Assembly (NCBI GenBank): GCA_963829525.1
Contig: CAWHIJ010000003.1
Location: 1,632,001-1,696,000 of the forward strand
From: an uncultured Actinomycetota bacterium
GTDB lineage: Bacteria; Actinomycetota; Actinomycetes; JAHEKZ01
Direction of reading: 5' to 3'
DNA: 64,000 bases
Position 1 is the first letter of the stretch. The number at the start of each line of letters is the position of its first letter. A model generated the notes under the pieces. That model made no database searches. It was not told where the DNA came from and was given only the letters and a program-made list of their open reading frames with translations. Of this stretch, positions 8,579-21,224 are shown piece by piece. Both the position numbers and the translations under genes were made by a program.

Positions 8579-11500
8579 TGCCCAGGCGTACCGACATCAG
8601 CTCGGTGCTGGTGATCGGTTCTGGCCCGATCGTCATCGGCCAGGCCGCCGAGTTCGACTACTCCGGAACCCAGGCATGCCGAGTACTGCGCGCCGACGGG
8701 CTGCGGGTGATCCTTGTCAACAGCAACCCGGCCACGATCATGACTGACCCGGAGTTCGCCGACGCCACGTACGTCGAACCAATCACTCCAGAGATCATCG
8801 AGAAGATCATCGCCAAAGAGCGCCCGGACGCGCTTCTTCCGACGTTGGGTGGCCAAACTGCACTGAACGCAGCGATCGCACTTCACCAGAGCGGTGTGTT
8901 GGAGAAGTATGACGTTGAGCTGATCGGCGCTGATGTTGATGCCATCCAACGTGGCGAGAACCGCGAGCTCTTCAAGGGCATCGTCGAGGAGATCGGTGGC
9001 GAAGTGGCCCGGTCGGCGATCTGCCACACGATGAATGAGTGTCTGACGGCCGCAAACGACCTTGGCTATCCCGTTGTCGTGCGGCCATCGTTCACCATGG
9101 GTGGGGCGGGTTCGGGAATGGCGTACAACGCTGACGATCTTCATCGGATCGCCGGCATGGGCCTCTCGGCCAGCCCCACCACGGAGGTGCTGCTCGAAGA
9201 GTCAATCATCGGGTGGAAGGAGTACGAACTCGAGCTGATGCGCGACAAGAACGACAACGTCGTGGTGATCTGCTCGATCGAGAACCTCGACCCGATGGGC
9301 GTTCACACCGGAGACTCGATCACGGTGGCACCGGCCATGACCCTCACCGACCGCGAGTACCAGCACATGCGCGATGTCGGGATCGCCATCATTCGAGCCG
9401 TCGGCGTCGACACCGGTGGCTGCAACATCCAGTTCGCCGTGGACCCGTCCGACGGGCGGCTCATCGTCATCGAGATGAACCCCCGGGTCTCGCGCTCGAG
9501 TGCTCTTGCCAGCAAGGCGACTGGCTTTCCCATCGCCAAGATCGCGGCCCGACTGGCGATCGGCTACACGCTCGATGAGGTGCCCAACGACATCACGGCG
9601 GAGACGCCCGCCTCGTTCGAGCCCGCCCTCGACTACGTTGTCGTCAAGGTTCCGCGCTTCGCCTTTGAAAAGTTCCCGGCGGCCGACCCCACCCTCACGA
9701 CGCACATGAAGAGCGTCGGTGAGGCCATGGCGATCGGCCGCAACATCCCCGAGGCGCTGCAAAAGGCTCTGCGCTCAATCGAGAAGTCAGATGCATCCTT
9801 CTGCTGGACAGACATCGAAGACGACGTAGAGACACTCGTCGAGCAGACCAGAACGCCGCATGACGGTCGCATCAAAAAGGTGCAGCAGGCGATGTGGCTG
9901 GGCGCAACCGCTGAGAGGTTGAACGAAGCCACGGGGATTGACCCCTGGTTCCTTGACCAGATCGCGATCATCAATGAGATCGCTGCACAGGTGCGTGACG
10001 CCGCGGACCTCGACCCCAGACTCATCCGTCAGGCAAAGCGGAACGGCTTCTCCGACCGACAGATTGCCGAGTTGCGAGGGATTTCTGAGGACGTCGCACG
10101 GCACCTGCGTCAGGCCCTGGGCATCAGACCCGTATACAAGACCGTCGATACCTGCGCCGGTGAGTTCGCTGCGTACACGCCGTACCACTACTCCTCATAC
10201 GACGAGGAGACAGAGGTACGCCCGCGTACCAAGCCGGCCGTCATTATCTTGGGCAGTGGGCCAAACCGAATCGGGCAGGGCATCGAGTTCGACTACTCGT
10301 GTGTTCATGCGGCGCTCGCACTTCGTGCCGTTGGCTACGAGACGGTCATGGTCAACTGCAACCCCGAGACGGTGTCGACCGATTACGACACCAGCGACCG
10401 CCTCTACTTCGAGCCCCTGACCCTCGAGGACGTTCTGGAGATCGTGGCCGCCGAGCAGCAGGTTGGTCCGGTCTCCGGGGTGATTGTCCAGCTCGGGGGC
10501 CAGACGCCGCTTGGTCTTGCCCAACCACTCAAGGACGCGGGAGTCCCGGTGGTGGGGACATCTCCCGAGGCGATCCATCTGGCCGAGGAGCGCGGTGCAT
10601 TCGGCGCCGTGCTCGCGGAGGCAGGCCTCCTGGCACCCCGGCACGGGATGGCCACCTCGTTTGCCGAGGCCAAGGAGATCGCCGACGAGATCGGGTTCCC
10701 CGTGCTCGTACGGCCCTCCTACGTCCTCGGCGGACGCGGAATGGAGATCGTCTACGACGACGACATGCTGCGCGACTACATCGGCCGGGCCACGCAGGTC
10801 AGCCCCGAGCACCCGGTCCTCGTCGACCGATTCCTCGACGACGCTGTGGAGATCGACGTCGATGCCCTGTACGACGGCACCGACCTGTTTCTCGCTGGCG
10901 TCATGGAGCACATTGAGGAAGCCGGAATTCACTCCGGCGACTCCGCCTGTGCGCTGCCGCCCATGACTCTGGGTCGGGCCGACATCGAGCGCATCAGGGT
11001 TGCGACTGAAGCCATCGCCAGAGGTGTCGGCGTCCGTGGGCTCTTGAATGTTCAGTTTGCGCAGGCTTCGGACGTTCTCTACGTGCTCGAGGCGAACCCA
11101 CGGGCATCGCGCACCGTGCCGTTCGTCTCCAAGGCAACGGCAACGCAGGTCGCCAAGGCTGCGGCTCGGGTGATGATGGGCAGCACCATCGCCGCGCTCC
11201 GCGAAGAGGGGCTGCTCCCGGAGACTGGTGATGGTGGCACCATGCCCATGGACTCGGCGATCGCGGTCAAGGAGGCTGTGCTGCCGTTTGGCCGGTTCCA
11301 CGGTGTCGACACTGTTCTCGGTCCTGAGATGAAGTCCACCGGCGAGGTGATGGGTATCGACACTCTCTTCGGGACCGCATACGCCAAGTCCCAGGTCGCC
11401 GCCTACGCCGGAGGACTACCTACCAGCGGGACCGCCTTCGTCTCGGTCGCCAACCGCGACAAGCGCTCGATGATCTTTCCGATCAAGCGGCTGCACGACT

Positions 11501-11865
11501 TGGGATTCGACATCGTCGCTACGGCCGGAACGGCTGAAGTGCTCCGCCGCAACGGCGTGCCCGCAACAGTGCTACGTAAGCACTTCGAAGCCGAAGGCGC
11601 AGAGTCCGAACCGGACACCATTGCGCGCATTCTCGACGGGACGATCGACATCATCATCAACACCCCGTATGGAGTCGGGGCCAGGCTCGACGGCTACGAG
11701 ATCCGATCAGCGGCCGTCACCAAAGGGGTTCCGTGCATCACCACGGTGCAGGGCCTCGGCGCAGCGGTGCAGGGCATCGAGGCGCTCATCCGCGGCGAGG
11801 TGGGGGTCCGATCATTGCAAGAGCATGCTGCTGATCTGGAAAAGGCCAGAGGTAGCGCGGTATGA
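8578..11865 (+). CDS. carB: Carbamoyl-phosphate synthase large subunit
   Basis: [29 protein letters not shown], duplicated ATP-grasp domains, [16 protein letters not shown]-terminal MGS domain. Confidence 0.99.
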   Translation: MPRRTDISSVLVIGSGPIVIGQAAEFDYSGTQACRVLRADGLRVILVNSNPATIMTDPEFADATYVEPITPEIIEKIIAKERPDALLPTLGGQTALNAAIALHQSGVLEKYDVELIGADVDAIQRGENRELFKGIVEEIGGEVARSAICHTMNECLTAANDLGYPVVVRPSFTMGGAGSGMAYNADDLHRIAGMGLSASPTTEVLLEESIIGWKEYELELMRDKNDNVVVICSIENLDPMGVHTGDSITVAPAMTLTDREYQHMRDVGIAIIRAVGVDTGGCNIQFAVDPSDGRLIVIEMNPRVSRSSALASKATGFPIAKIAARLAIGYTLDEVPNDITAETPASFEPALDYVVVKVPRFAFEKFPAADPTLTTHMKSVGEAMAIGRNIPEALQKALRSIEKSDASFCWTDIEDDVETLVEQTRTPHDGRIKKVQQAMWLGATAERLNEATGIDPWFLDQIAIINEIAAQVRDAADLDPRLIRQAKRNGFSDRQIAELRGISEDVARHLRQALGIRPVYKTVDTCAGEFAAYTPYHYSSYDEETEVRPRTKPAVIILGSGPNRIGQGIEFDYSCVHAALALRAVGYETVMVNCNPETVSTDYDTSDRLYFEPLTLEDVLEIVAAEQQVGPVSGVIVQLGGQTPLGLAQPLKDAGVPVVGTSPEAIHLAEERGAFGAVLAEAGLLAPRHGMATSFAEAKEIADEIGFPVLVRPSYVLGGRGMEIVYDDDMLRDYIGRATQVSPEHPVLVDRFLDDAVEIDVDALYDGTDLFLAGVMEHIEEAGIHSGDSACALPPMTLGRADIERIRVATEAIARGVGVRGLLNVQFAQASDVLYVLEANPRASRTVPFVSKATATQVAKAAARVMMGSTIAALREEGLLPETGDGGTMPMDSAIAVKEAVLPFGRFHGVDTVLGPEMKSTGEVMGIDTLFGTAYAKSQVAAYAGGLPTSGTAFVSVANRDKRSMIFPIKRLHDLGFDIVATAGTAEVLRRNGVPATVLRKHFEAEGAESEPDTIARILDGTIDIIINTPYGVGARLDGYEIRSAAVTKGVPCITTVQGLGAAVQGIEALIRGEVGVRSLQEHAADLEKARGSAV

Positions 11866-12725
11866 CGCCGGTCCAGGTTCGCGGAGAGGTGCTCAGTACC
11901 CGTCGAGTAGGGGAGTACTACCAGCTCACCGTTGTAGCACCCGGCGTTGCCGAGCAGGTGCGTCCCGGCCACTTCATCGCGCTGACGGTCGGTGGGCAGA
12001 CCTCGGCGCACCTTTTGCGCAGGGCCTTCTCGGTCTACCGCACGCAGGACCGGGGGGTGTACGGCGGAACGATCGACATTGTCTTCGCCGAGCACGGAGC
12101 AGGGACTCGCTGGTTGTCTCAGGTGCGGCAGCACGACTCACTCGATGTGGTCGGCCCCCTCGGTAAGCCGTTCTCCCTTCCGAAAGAGCCGGTCACCTGC
12201 ACGATGGTTGGCGGTGGCTACGGAAGCGCTCCACTGTTCCGGCTCGCCGAGCAGCTGCGGGAACGAGGGTGTCGCGTCGACTTCGTCCTGGGCGCGGCAA
12301 CCGAAGGCCGGTTGTTCGGCGTTCTTGAGGCCAAGCGGATGTCCCAATCGGTCGCGGTGACAACCGAGGACGGCTCCCTTGGAGATCGCGGACGAGTGAC
12401 CGACGTTCTTCCTGCTCTTCTGAGCCGTACTGAATCCGACGTCGTCTATGCGTGCGGCCCGATGGGCATGCTCGCTGCGGTTGCCGACCTGGCTGCTCGC
12501 TTCGGTGCACACTCACAGTGTGCTGTTGAGGAGGCCATGGCATGCGGTATCGGTGTGTGCATGACCTGTGTGCTGCCCGTCGTCGGTGATGACGGTGTCA
12601 CCCGCATGGTGAGGTCGTGCGTCGATGGCCCGGTGTTCCGTGGTGACCGGGTGCGTTGGGACGACGTGGGGACAGTCCCTCCCGACACGTGGGGCGCGCC
12701 GGTCAGCGAAGGGGGGCATCGATGA
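11862..12725 (+). CDS. pyrK: Dihydroorotate dehydrogenase electron-transfer subunit
   Basis: LRRAFS FAD motif, [36 protein letters not shown]...SCVDGPVF 2Fe-2S motif. Confidence 0.93.
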   Translation: MTPVQVRGEVLSTRRVGEYYQLTVVAPGVAEQVRPGHFIALTVGGQTSAHLLRRAFSVYRTQDRGVYGGTIDIVFAEHGAGTRWLSQVRQHDSLDVVGPLGKPFSLPKEPVTCTMVGGGYGSAPLFRLAEQLRERGCRVDFVLGAATEGRLFGVLEAKRMSQSVAVTTEDGSLGDRGRVTDVLPALLSRTESDVVYACGPMGMLAAVADLAARFGAHSQCAVEEAMACGIGVCMTCVLPVVGDDGVTRMVRSCVDGPVFRGDRVRWDDVGTVPPDTWGAPVSEGGHR

Positions 12726-13718
12726 CACGCCTGACCAGGGTCATCACCCCTGACAGCGCCGAAGCCCCACTTCCGGAGGTCGACATGTCGACCCGGCTGG
12801 CCGGAGCGGTGCTGCCGAACCCAGTGATGACGGCGTCTGGCTGCGCAGGATATGGCCGAGAACTCGATCAGTTCTTCGACATCACAAAGCTCGGCGCGGT
12901 AGTCACCAAGTCGATCATGCTGCAACCTCGCGCTGGGCGCCCGACGCCGCGCATGGCAGAGACGCCCAGTGGGATGCTCAACTCCATCGGACTCCAAGGG
13001 CCCGGTATCGAGCAGTTCGTCGAGCGTGACCTGCCTTGGCTCGAGCAGCGTGGTGCGCGCGTCGTCGTGTCGATCGCCGGTGGTGCAGCCGATGAGTACA
13101 TCCGGCTTGCGCAACGGCTGCGACACTCGACGGCCGTCACGGCGGTCGAGGTGAACATCTCTTGTCCCAACGTCGAAGATCGCGGACTCGTTTTCGCATG
13201 CGACCCGCGTGGCCAGCGCGACCGTCGTCGAAGGAGTCCGACGCAACAGTGCGCCTGGGGTCCCGGTGCTGGCGAAGCTGTCGCCAGATGTCACCGACAT
13301 CGTGTCGATTGCGCGTGCCTGCGTTGACGCCGGAGCTGACGGCCTGGCGATGATCAACACCTTGCTCGGAGTTGTGGTGGACACCGAGACGATGCGTCCC
13401 CACCTTGGGGGAGTGACCGGGGGTCTGTCCGGGCCGGCCATCAGACCAGTCGCTGTGCGCGCGGTGTGGCAGGTACACCAGGCCATGCCTGAGATCCCGA
13501 TCGTGGGAATGGGCGGCATCCGCACCGGTACTGACGCATTTGAGTTCATCTTGGCGGGGGCCTCGGCCGTCGAGGTGGGCACCTCAGTATTCAACGACCC
13601 GTCGGCTCCCATACGGGTCTCTCACCAGCTGCAGCGAGTACTGGGGGATCGGGGCTTTGAGTCAGTCACAGATGCAGTCGGATTTGCTCATCGCCCACCT
13701 GAGGGGCAGGGAGAGTGA
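12722..13718 (+). CDS. pyrD: Dihydroorotate dehydrogenase family 1B catalytic subunit (one frameshift at ~13205)
   Basis: NPVMTASG, MLNSIGLQGPG, EVNISCPN; continues in another frame as AKLSPDVTDI, INTLLG, GGLSGPAIRP. Confidence 0.92.
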
Positions 13719-14428
13719 GCGACTCCTTTCGATCGTCGATCGTTGGCTCTCCGATCGCTGTGGCGCTCGACGCGCCAGACGTGGCAACCGCGGCGAGGTG
13801 GGCAACAGAGGTCGCCCCACACGTCAGTACGCTGAAACTCGGTTTGGAGTTCTACCTGGCGGTCGGTGCTGACGGCGTAAGCCAGGTGCGGGCCGCTGCT
13901 CCTGGATGTCGACTCTTCCTCGATCTCAAGCTCCATGACATCCCGAACACCGTCACCGGAGCTTGTCGAGCAGTTGCCGGGCTTCGGCCGGACCTTCTCA
14001 CCGTGCACGCACTCGGGGGGCCGGCGATGGTAGGCGCTGCCGCCGAGGCGCTCCCAGATTGCCGCATCGCGGCTGTGACGCTCCTGACCTCTATGAGCCC
14101 GTCCGACCTCCGCGCCGTCGGGCTGGAAGGTACTCCACTGGACGGAGTGCTGCGGCTCGCCGAGATGGCAGTTGCCGCTGGGGCCAGGGCGTTGGTCTGT
14201 TCGCCTCAGGAGGTGGCTGCGGTGCGAGCCGCGGTTGGGGTCGACGTCGTCTTGATCACACCTGGCGTGCGGCCGGCCGGCACCGCGGTCGGAGATCAGC
14301 AACGGGTGGCAACCCCCGAGCGGGCGCTTGCCGACGGGGCCGACCTGCTCGTCGTGGGTCGACCAATCACCGGTGCTCCTGACCGCGCTGCCGCAGCTGC
14401 CCATCTGCTCACTGACCGGGTTGGCTGA
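13715..14428 (+). CDS. pyrF: Orotidine-5'-phosphate decarboxylase
   Basis: AVALD, FLDLKLHDIPNTV, TPGVRP, DQQRVATP, LVVGRPIT. Confidence 0.96.
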   Translation: MSDSFRSSIVGSPIAVALDAPDVATAARWATEVAPHVSTLKLGLEFYLAVGADGVSQVRAAAPGCRLFLDLKLHDIPNTVTGACRAVAGLRPDLLTVHALGGPAMVGAAAEALPDCRIAAVTLLTSMSPSDLRAVGLEGTPLDGVLRLAEMAVAAGARALVCSPQEVAAVRAAVGVDVVLITPGVRPAGTAVGDQQRVATPERALADGADLLVVGRPITGAPDRAAAAAHLLTDRVG

Positions 14429-14461
14429 TCCGGGTTGGCTGACCGGGTTGGCTCACCGGTT
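14412..14461 (+). repeat. ~13-bp tandem repeat (CTGACCGGGTTGG x3.7) spanning the pyrF stop codon
   Basis: ctgaccgggttgg/ctgatccgggttgg/ctgaccgggttgg/ctcaccggtt. Confidence 0.9.
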
Positions 14462-14619
14462 TCTCGAGCGGATTGTTGGTGCCTTCAGCAGTGCATGTGG
14501 GGGAGCGACGTTGCCGGGGCGGGCCTGGACTCGCTAGGTTCAGGGCGTCCCGTTGACCGACCTCGACCAATGGCTCCACCGGCTGGCCCGGTCGAGCAGC
14601 TCCCGACCGAAGGTGCGCC

Positions 14620-14976
14620 GTGGCTCTTCCTCCGTTGACTCCCGAACAGCGCGCCGCGGCATTGCAGAAAGCTGCAGAGGCCCGTCGAGTGCGAGCCGAG
14701 GTCAAGAACCGCCTCAAGCACTCCGGCGCCTCTCTCTTCGATGTTGTCGAACAAGGCCGCACCGACGACATCATCGGCAAGATGAAGGTGTCGGCCCTGC
14801 TCGAGTCGCTCCCCGGCGTCGGCAAGGTCAGGGCGCGTCAGCTGATGGAGAAGATCGGAATTTCTGAAAGTCGGCGGGTCAGGGGCCTTGGCGCCAACCA
14901 GATTGCCGCCCTGCACCGCGAGTTCGCTCCAGCCACGGTGCGTGCACAAGAGCTCGGAGCGAGCCCCCAGAAGTGA
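14620..14976 (+). CDS. mihF: Actinobacterial integration host factor (mIHF/sIHF)
   Basis: [60 protein letters not shown]; upstream TTGCCG-N18-TAGGTT promoter (14511-14540). Confidence 0.95.
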   Translation: MALPPLTPEQRAAALQKAAEARRVRAEVKNRLKHSGASLFDVVEQGRTDDIIGKMKVSALLESLPGVGKVRARQLMEKIGISESRRVRGLGANQIAALHREFAPATVRAQELGASPQK

Positions 14977-15584
14977 CAACCGCGCAACACCCCACCGCGG
15001 ATCAGCGGTGTCGACTGACCGTGCTGTCCGGCCCGTCCGGAGTCGGGAAGAGCACCGTCGTGGCGCGACTGCGAGCGTTGCACCCTGAGATCTGGCAGTC
15101 GGTCTCGCTGACGACCCGTGGCCCCAGACCCGGAGAGGTGGGCGGGCTGCACTACCTGTTCTGTGACGACCAGGCCTTTGACGCTGCTGTTGCCGCTGGC
15201 GAGTTGCTGGAATGGGCCGAGTTCGCCGGCCACCGGTACGGTACGCCCCGGGTCCCGGTGCTGGAGCGCCTGGAGCGTGGTCAGCCGGTTCTCCTGGAAA
15301 TCGAGCTCGAGGGCGCCCGGCAGGTGCGGGCGGCCATGCCCGAGGCGCTCCTGGTGTTCCTGGCGCCGCCCTCGTGGGAGATCTTGGCCAAGCGACTCGC
15401 AGGACGGGGCACCGAGGACGAGGTGGTTATTGCAAGAAGGTTGGCCAGAGCCAGGGTCGAGCTGGCAGCGGCCCACGAGTTCGACGTGACCGTCGTCAAC
15501 GACGATGTTCACCGAGTTTGCGAACGCTTGGTAGCATTGATGGAGTCCGATGAGGACTTAGTACCCCCATCCTCTGATCTGTAG
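14973..15584 (+). CDS. gmk: Guanylate kinase
   Basis: [41 protein letters not shown]. Confidence 0.97.
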   Translation: MTTAQHPTADQRCRLTVLSGPSGVGKSTVVARLRALHPEIWQSVSLTTRGPRPGEVGGLHYLFCDDQAFDAAVAAGELLEWAEFAGHRYGTPRVPVLERLERGQPVLLEIELEGARQVRAAMPEALLVFLAPPSWEILAKRLAGRGTEDEVVIARRLARARVELAAAHEFDVTVVNDDVHRVCERLVALMESDEDLVPPSSDL

Positions 15585-15592
15585 GAGTTCGT

Positions 15593-15919
15593 GTGTCCGG
15601 AGTCATCGGTGTTCCTGAGGGAATCACCAACCCCCCGATCGACGAACTGCTCAGCAAGGTTGACTCCAAGTACGCCTTGGTCCTGTACTCGGCCAAGCGG
15701 GCTCGACAGATCAACGCGTATTACTCCCAGCTCGGCGAAGGGCTGCTCGAGTACGTTGGCCCGCTCGTGGACACGCACGTCCAGGAGAAGCCGCTGTCGA
15801 TCGCCATGCGTGAGATCAACGCTGACCTGCTGACGTACGAGCGCATCGAGGGGGATGTCGAGCCGGCCCTCGGCGTCAGCGACACAGCTCCCGTGGTGGC
15901 CGAACCCACCGACAACTGA
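15593..15919 (+). CDS. rpoZ: RNA polymerase omega subunit
   Basis: [61 protein letters not shown]. Confidence 0.97.
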   Translation: MSGVIGVPEGITNPPIDELLSKVDSKYALVLYSAKRARQINAYYSQLGEGLLEYVGPLVDTHVQEKPLSIAMREINADLLTYERIEGDVEPALGVSDTAPVVAEPTDN

Positions 15920-15942
15920 CCTCGAGTCGTCCGCGCCCGGCC

Positions 15943-17184
15943 ATGTCCCGCATCGTGCTTGGCGTGGCTGGAGGAATTGCCGCCTACAAAAGCTGCGACC
16001 TCCTGCGCCGACTGACCGAGACCGGATACAGCGTTCGTGTCGTGCCGACGGCAGCCGCCCTGCAGTTCGTCGGTGCACCCACGTGGGCCGCGCTCTCAGG
16101 CGAACCGGTCACCGCAGATCCGATGGCTGACGTCCACGTGGTCCCGCACGTGCAGATCGGGCAGCAGGCGGACCTGATCGTTGTGGCTCCGGCCACGGCA
16201 AACATCCTCGCGAAGGCCGCGGTGGGTCTGGCTGACGATCTGCTGACGAACGTCTTGCTGACTGCTCGCTGCCCGGTCGTCATGGTTCCGGCGATGCACA
16301 CCGAGATGTGGGAGCACCCAGCGACGGTCGCGAACGTTGCCACACTCCGTGACCGAGGTGTGCTGGTTGTCGAACCTGCCGTTGGCCGGCTCACCGGGGC
16401 TGACTCCGGCAGGGGGCGAATGCCCGAGGCGGCGCAGATCCTCGAAGTCATCGAGCAGGTGGCTTTTGGACGGTCCGCCGATGCGTTCGACCTGCGAGGG
16501 CGCCACGTCGTTGTCTCGGCAGGAGGTACACGTGAACCCCTCGATCCGGTGCGATTTCTAGGAAATCGGAGCAGCGGACGGCAGGGCTACGCACTGGCGT
16601 CAGCCGCGGCCGCGCGCGGGGCGGCGGTCGACTTGGTGGCGGCCAACGTCGAACTGCCCGATCCGGCCGGTGTGACGGTCACCCCGGTCTCGACAGCGGC
16701 TGAGCTGAAGGATGCCGTGCTCTCTCGCGCGGCGACGGCAGACGCCGTGGTGATGGCTGCAGCCGTCGCGGATTTCCGCCCGAGCACTACCGCTGACCAC
16801 AAGCTGAAGAAGGGCGATGGTGCCCCGACAGTTGTCCTGGAGCCGACCGATGATGTGCTCGCAGCCCTGGTAGCCGGCAAACCTGACCATCAGCTGGTCG
16901 TGGGGTTCGCCGCCGAGACCGGTGACGGCCAGACCAGCTGGCGAGAGCACGGTCGAAACAAATTGGCGGATAAGGGGTGTGACCTACTGGTCGTCAACGA
17001 AGTGGGGGAGGGACTGGCCTTCGGCACCGATGACAACGCCGCAGTCGTACTCACTGCTGACGGCTCTGAGACAGAAGTCCCGCTCGGGCCCAAGCAAGCG
17101 CTGGCGCACGTGGTGTGGGACCTGGTTCGCGCCAGATGGGCGTCTCCGGCACACCCTGACCTCGGCGCCGCTTCGCATCACTAG
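15943..17184 (+). CDS. coaBC: Phosphopantothenoylcysteine decarboxylase / phosphopantothenate-cysteine ligase
   Basis: GVAGGIAAYK, VAPATAN, PAMHTEMW, SAGGTREPLDPVRFLGNRSSGRQG, AAAVADF, VGFAAET. Confidence 0.97.
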   Translation: MSRIVLGVAGGIAAYKSCDLLRRLTETGYSVRVVPTAAALQFVGAPTWAALSGEPVTADPMADVHVVPHVQIGQQADLIVVAPATANILAKAAVGLADDLLTNVLLTARCPVVMVPAMHTEMWEHPATVANVATLRDRGVLVVEPAVGRLTGADSGRGRMPEAAQILEVIEQVAFGRSADAFDLRGRHVVVSAGGTREPLDPVRFLGNRSSGRQGYALASAAAARGAAVDLVAANVELPDPAGVTVTPVSTAAELKDAVLSRAATADAVVMAAAVADFRPSTTADHKLKKGDGAPTVVLEPTDDVLAALVAGKPDHQLVVGFAAETGDGQTSWREHGRNKLADKGCDLLVVNEVGEGLAFGTDDNAAVVLTADGSETEVPLGPKQALAHVVWDLVRARWASPAHPDLGAASHH

Positions 17185-17229
17185 ACTTTCCGCGACCGCG
17201 CCGCCGACCCCTTCAAGGAGCGCACCCCC

Positions 17230-18423
17230 GTGACAGGTCGACTCTTTACCTCCGAGTCCGTGACCGAGGGTCACCCCGACAAGATTGCCGACCAGATCAG
17301 CGACACGATCCTGGATGCGCTGCTCAAGGACGACCCGCACAGCCGGGTGGCGGTCGAGACACTCGTGACCACCGGCCTGGTGCACGTGGCCGGTGAGGTC
17401 ACCACGTCGGCGTACGCCGACATCCCGGGCCTTGTTCGAGAGAAGGTTCTGTCGATCGGGTACGACTCGAGCAAGAAGGGCTTCGATGGCGGCTCTTGCG
17501 GCGTCTCGGTCTCGATCGGTGCCCAGTCGCCGGACATCGCGCAGGGGGTCGACGATGCTTACGAGGAGCGGCACGACCACTCAGCCGATCCGCTCGACCG
17601 GCAGGGCGCCGGCGACCAGGGGCTGATGTTCGGCTATGCGTGTGAAGACACCCCTGAGCTCATGCCCCTGCCGATCACGATCGCACACCGGCTGGCTGAA
17701 CGCCTCGCCGAGGTGCGTCGCGACGGGCAGATCCCGTATCTGCGACCAGATGGCAAGACACAGGTCACCATCGAGTACGACGGTGACCGACCGGTGCGCG
17801 TCGACACCGTTGTCGTCTCCTCGCAGCACGCCAGCGACATAGACCTCGCCACCCTGCTGCAGCCAGACATCGAGGAGCTGGTGATCGCCCCGGTTCTCGA
17901 CTCGTTCGCAATCGACACCAGTGACTACCGCGTGCTGGTGAACCCGACAGGTCGCTTCGAGGTGGGTGGCCCCATGGGGGACGCCGGTCTTACTGGACGC
18001 AAGATCATCATCGACACGTACGGCGGCATGGCTCGGCACGGAGGTGGTGCATTCTCCGGCAAGGACCCAAGCAAGGTCGATCGGTCTGCTGCCTACGCCA
18101 TGCGCTGGGTTGCCAAGAACGTCGTCGCTGCCGGCCTGGCGAGTCGATGTGAGGTCCAGGTGGCGTACGCCATCGGTAAGGCACACCCTGTTGGTCTGTT
18201 CGTGGAGACGTTCGGCACCGGAACTGTCTCCGACGAGGTCATCCAGAAGGCGGTCATGGACGTCTTCGACCTGCGGCCGGCCGCGATCATCGACGACCTC
18301 GATCTCCTGCGTCCCATCTACGCTCAGACGGCTGCCTACGGGCACTTCGGCCGCGACCTGCCTGACTTCACCTGGGAGCGCACCGGCCGCGCCGATGCGC
18401 TGGCTGCCGCCGCCGGCAGCTGA
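17230..18423 (+). CDS. metK: S-adenosylmethionine synthase
   Basis: [66 protein letters not shown]. Confidence 0.99.
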   Translation: MTGRLFTSESVTEGHPDKIADQISDTILDALLKDDPHSRVAVETLVTTGLVHVAGEVTTSAYADIPGLVREKVLSIGYDSSKKGFDGGSCGVSVSIGAQSPDIAQGVDDAYEERHDHSADPLDRQGAGDQGLMFGYACEDTPELMPLPITIAHRLAERLAEVRRDGQIPYLRPDGKTQVTIEYDGDRPVRVDTVVVSSQHASDIDLATLLQPDIEELVIAPVLDSFAIDTSDYRVLVNPTGRFEVGGPMGDAGLTGRKIIIDTYGGMARHGGGAFSGKDPSKVDRSAAYAMRWVAKNVVAAGLASRCEVQVAYAIGKAHPVGLFVETFGTGTVSDEVIQKAVMDVFDLRPAAIIDDLDLLRPIYAQTAAYGHFGRDLPDFTWERTGRADALAAAAGS

Positions 18424-18486
18424 CAGCGATGTCCCCTTCTTGGGGATTTCGGTCTTTGGTCGGTTGGGTCGGGTAGAACTGCCCAC

Positions 18487-20574
18487 GTGCCTTCCGACGA
18501 GCGCCAGCTGAGCCTGGCCGACCTGCCGCCAGCCAAGGCTCGCCGGCGTGCGGCCAAGGCGAAGAAGGCCGGCCCACGAAGCTCAGGCGAGCTGGCTTCG
18601 GAGCTACCCGTGGCTCGTATCGCAGTCGACATCTCCCTGCCACACCTCGACCGGCCCTTCGACTATGCCGTCACCGAAAAACAGAGCGACGTGGCTCTTC
18701 CCGGTGTGCGCGTCCGGGTTCGCTTCGCCGGGCAGCTGGTCGACGGCTACATACTCGACAGGGTGGCCAGCAGTGAACATCCTGGCCGGCTTGCGCGACT
18801 CGGCTCTGTGGTCTCGGCCGAGCAGGTCCTGACGCCCGAGCTCGCATTGCTGGTCCGAACAGTGGCTGACCGCTACGCGGGCACGATGGCTGACGTCCTT
18901 CGCCTGGCCATCCCACCCCGGCACGCCGCCGCCGAGCGAGAGGGGAGCGAGCGCTCAAAACTTGCGTCGGACCTGGCGGACCCGGCAGTCCCGGAGGACC
19001 GGGAGGACCGGGCCGCGGGCTCAAGTCGCTGGTCGGACTATCGCAACGGACCGGGGATGCTCGCGGCCCTCAGGGACGGACGGTCACCACGTGCTGCCTG
19101 GTGTGCGTTGCCTGGCGTTGTGGAAAGTCGCCCAGCATGGACCACAACGGTTGCCGAGGCCATGCGTGCCGTTCGTCACTCGGGCCGAGGCGGAATCGTC
19201 GTCGTGCCAGACCATCGCGATGTCGACAACGTCGCCGAAGCCCTTGCCGAGTCAGGGGTCGACGCGCTTGCGCTGACGGCTGACCTTGGACCACGAGAGC
19301 GGTACCGAAGATGGCTGGCCGTGCTGCGCGGGGAAGCTCACGTCGTCGTCGGTACCCGGGCAGCGATCTATGCACCCGTTCGCGACCTCGGCCTGATCGT
19401 CATCTGGGACGATGGGGACGACCTCCACGCTGAGCCTCGTGCGCCCTATCCGCATGTGCGCGACGTGGCAACGCTGCGGGCACACCAGGGTGGCGCGGCC
19501 CTGATCCTGGGTGGGTACGCGCGGACCGCAGAGTCCGCTGCTCTCATCTCGCGCGGATTCCTCCAGACGGTCACCGCTGACCGGGGGGTTGTCCGCAGCG
19601 CTGCGCCACGCATTCGGGCGAGCAGCGATGCCGTGTCGTACGGTGACCCGTTGGCCACCGCGGCTCGGCTGCCCACGACTGCTTGGCGGACGGCCAGGGA
19701 TGCGCTGGCTCATGGGCCGGTGCTGGTCCAGGTTCCTCGCCGCGGGTATGTTCCGCGCCTTGGGTGTGAACGCTGCCGCGAGCCGGCGCGGTGCCCGTCG
19801 TGCCAGGGTCCGCTGGGCCTTCGCGACGGGCAGGTCGCACCGATCTGTGGGTGGTGCGCAAGCGTCGTCCCGGCTTGGCGGTGCTCGGCTTGTGGCCATG
19901 AGCGGGTTCGCGCGATGGTCGTGGGGGCCGGACGCACCGCAGAGGAGCTCGGCCGGGCCTTTCCGGGTGTCCCGGTGCTCACCTCGGGTGGGCGCACCGT
20001 GCGTCGTGCGGTGTCCGGTACCCCAGCGGTTGTCGTCGCGACGCCTGGCGCAGAGCCCATCGCGAGCGGAGGTTACGCCGCGGCGCTGCTCCTCGACGCC
20101 TGGGCTCTGCTGGGCCGTGCCGACTTGCGGGCAGCCGAAGAAGCGTTACGCCGGTGGATGGCTGCGGCAGCCCTCGTGCGGGGTTCAACTGACGGTGGCC
20201 GGGTTGTCCTCGTGGGCGACGCGGCAATCCGGTCGGTGCAGGCGCTCGTTCGCTGGGACCCCGTTGGGTTCGCTGAGGCTGAGCTCGCTGACCGAGAAGC
20301 GGTCGGGCTTCCACCGGCACGGCGCATCGCGGTGCTGCGTGGACCGGCCGCAGACCTCCGGGACCTGCTGGCCCGATGCGACCTTCCGGCGACGACCGAG
20401 CAGCTCGGTCCGGCGGCGGTCTCCGGCGGCGACGACCAGCAAGTGGTTCTGCGGTCCGATGTCGCGACCGGCGCCGAGCTGGCGGCGGCGCTGTCGGCCG
20501 CGCAAGGTGAGCGGAGCGTTCGAAAAGACATCGGACGAGTCAGCGTTCAGATCGATCCGGTGGGATTCGGCTAG
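18487..20574 (+). CDS. priA: Primosomal protein N' (actinobacterial type with degenerate helicase motifs)
   Basis: HLDRPFDY, PGVRVRVRFAG, VVGTRAAIYAP, four CxxC zinc motifs, GAGRTAEELGRAFP. Confidence 0.93.
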   Translation: MPSDERQLSLADLPPAKARRRAAKAKKAGPRSSGELASELPVARIAVDISLPHLDRPFDYAVTEKQSDVALPGVRVRVRFAGQLVDGYILDRVASSEHPGRLARLGSVVSAEQVLTPELALLVRTVADRYAGTMADVLRLAIPPRHAAAEREGSERSKLASDLADPAVPEDREDRAAGSSRWSDYRNGPGMLAALRDGRSPRAAWCALPGVVESRPAWTTTVAEAMRAVRHSGRGGIVVVPDHRDVDNVAEALAESGVDALALTADLGPRERYRRWLAVLRGEAHVVVGTRAAIYAPVRDLGLIVIWDDGDDLHAEPRAPYPHVRDVATLRAHQGGAALILGGYARTAESAALISRGFLQTVTADRGVVRSAAPRIRASSDAVSYGDPLATAARLPTTAWRTARDALAHGPVLVQVPRRGYVPRLGCERCREPARCPSCQGPLGLRDGQVAPICGWCASVVPAWRCSACGHERVRAMVVGAGRTAEELGRAFPGVPVLTSGGRTVRRAVSGTPAVVVATPGAEPIASGGYAAALLLDAWALLGRADLRAAEEALRRWMAAAALVRGSTDGGRVVLVGDAAIRSVQALVRWDPVGFAEAELADREAVGLPPARRIAVLRGPAADLRDLLARCDLPATTEQLGPAAVSGGDDQQVVLRSDVATGAELAAALSAAQGERSVRKDIGRVSVQIDPVGFG

Positions 20575-20664
20575 TCCAAACCGGCGCGTGGGTCTGTGGG
20601 TGAGGCGGCGCGGCCCGGGCGCCTAGACTAGATGCTTGCCACCTCACGTCCGGGAGCTCTCCAC

Positions 20665-21210
20665 ATGTCAGTCCAAGAGATCCGCCTCTTCGGCGATCCG
20701 GTGCTCCGCATGCCGGCGCAACCGGTCGTCGATTTCGACAAAGAGCTCAGGAACCTCGTCAAAGATCTCACCGAGACGATGTTGGACGCGCCGGGGGCCG
20801 GCCTTGCCGCTCCCCAGCTCGGCGTCCTGTTGCGGGTCTTCACCTACGACATCGACGAGGAGGTGGGCCACTTGATCAACCCGGTGCTTGACCTGTCCGA
20901 GGACGAGCAGCTCGGCGAGGAAGGGTGTCTATCTCTCCCGGGGCTGACCTTCGACTGTCGCCGGGCTTTTGGCGTTGTGGCCAAGGGTTTCAACATGCAC
21001 GGCGACCCGGTGGTCATCGAGGGCACTGAGCTGCTCGCCCGCTGTATCCAGCATGAGACCGACCACCTCGACGGTGTGCTCTTCATCGACCGGCTCGACC
21101 CGGAGCAGCGGAAGGCAGCCATGAAGGCGATCCGGGAGGCCGAATGGACGGGCGAACACGCCCCGACCATCAAGGCCAGTCCGCACGCCACGCGCGGCCT
21201 GGCCTTCTAA
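20665..21210 (+). CDS. def: Peptide deformylase
   Basis: [30 protein letters not shown]. Confidence 0.97.
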   Translation: MSVQEIRLFGDPVLRMPAQPVVDFDKELRNLVKDLTETMLDAPGAGLAAPQLGVLLRVFTYDIDEEVGHLINPVLDLSEDEQLGEEGCLSLPGLTFDCRRAFGVVAKGFNMHGDPVVIEGTELLARCIQHETDHLDGVLFIDRLDPEQRKAAMKAIREAEWTGEHAPTIKASPHATRGLAF

Positions 21211-21224
21211 GGAGTTCGGCCCCC

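Noticed and set aside
17185-17229. SAM riboswitch upstream of metK
   Set aside because: The intergenic region is only 45 bp and has no SAM-I/IV core.
18487-20574. PriA lacking Walker A and DExH motifs as a pseudogene or novelty
   Set aside because: Helicase-degenerate PriA is the known actinobacterial form, and the ORF is intact.
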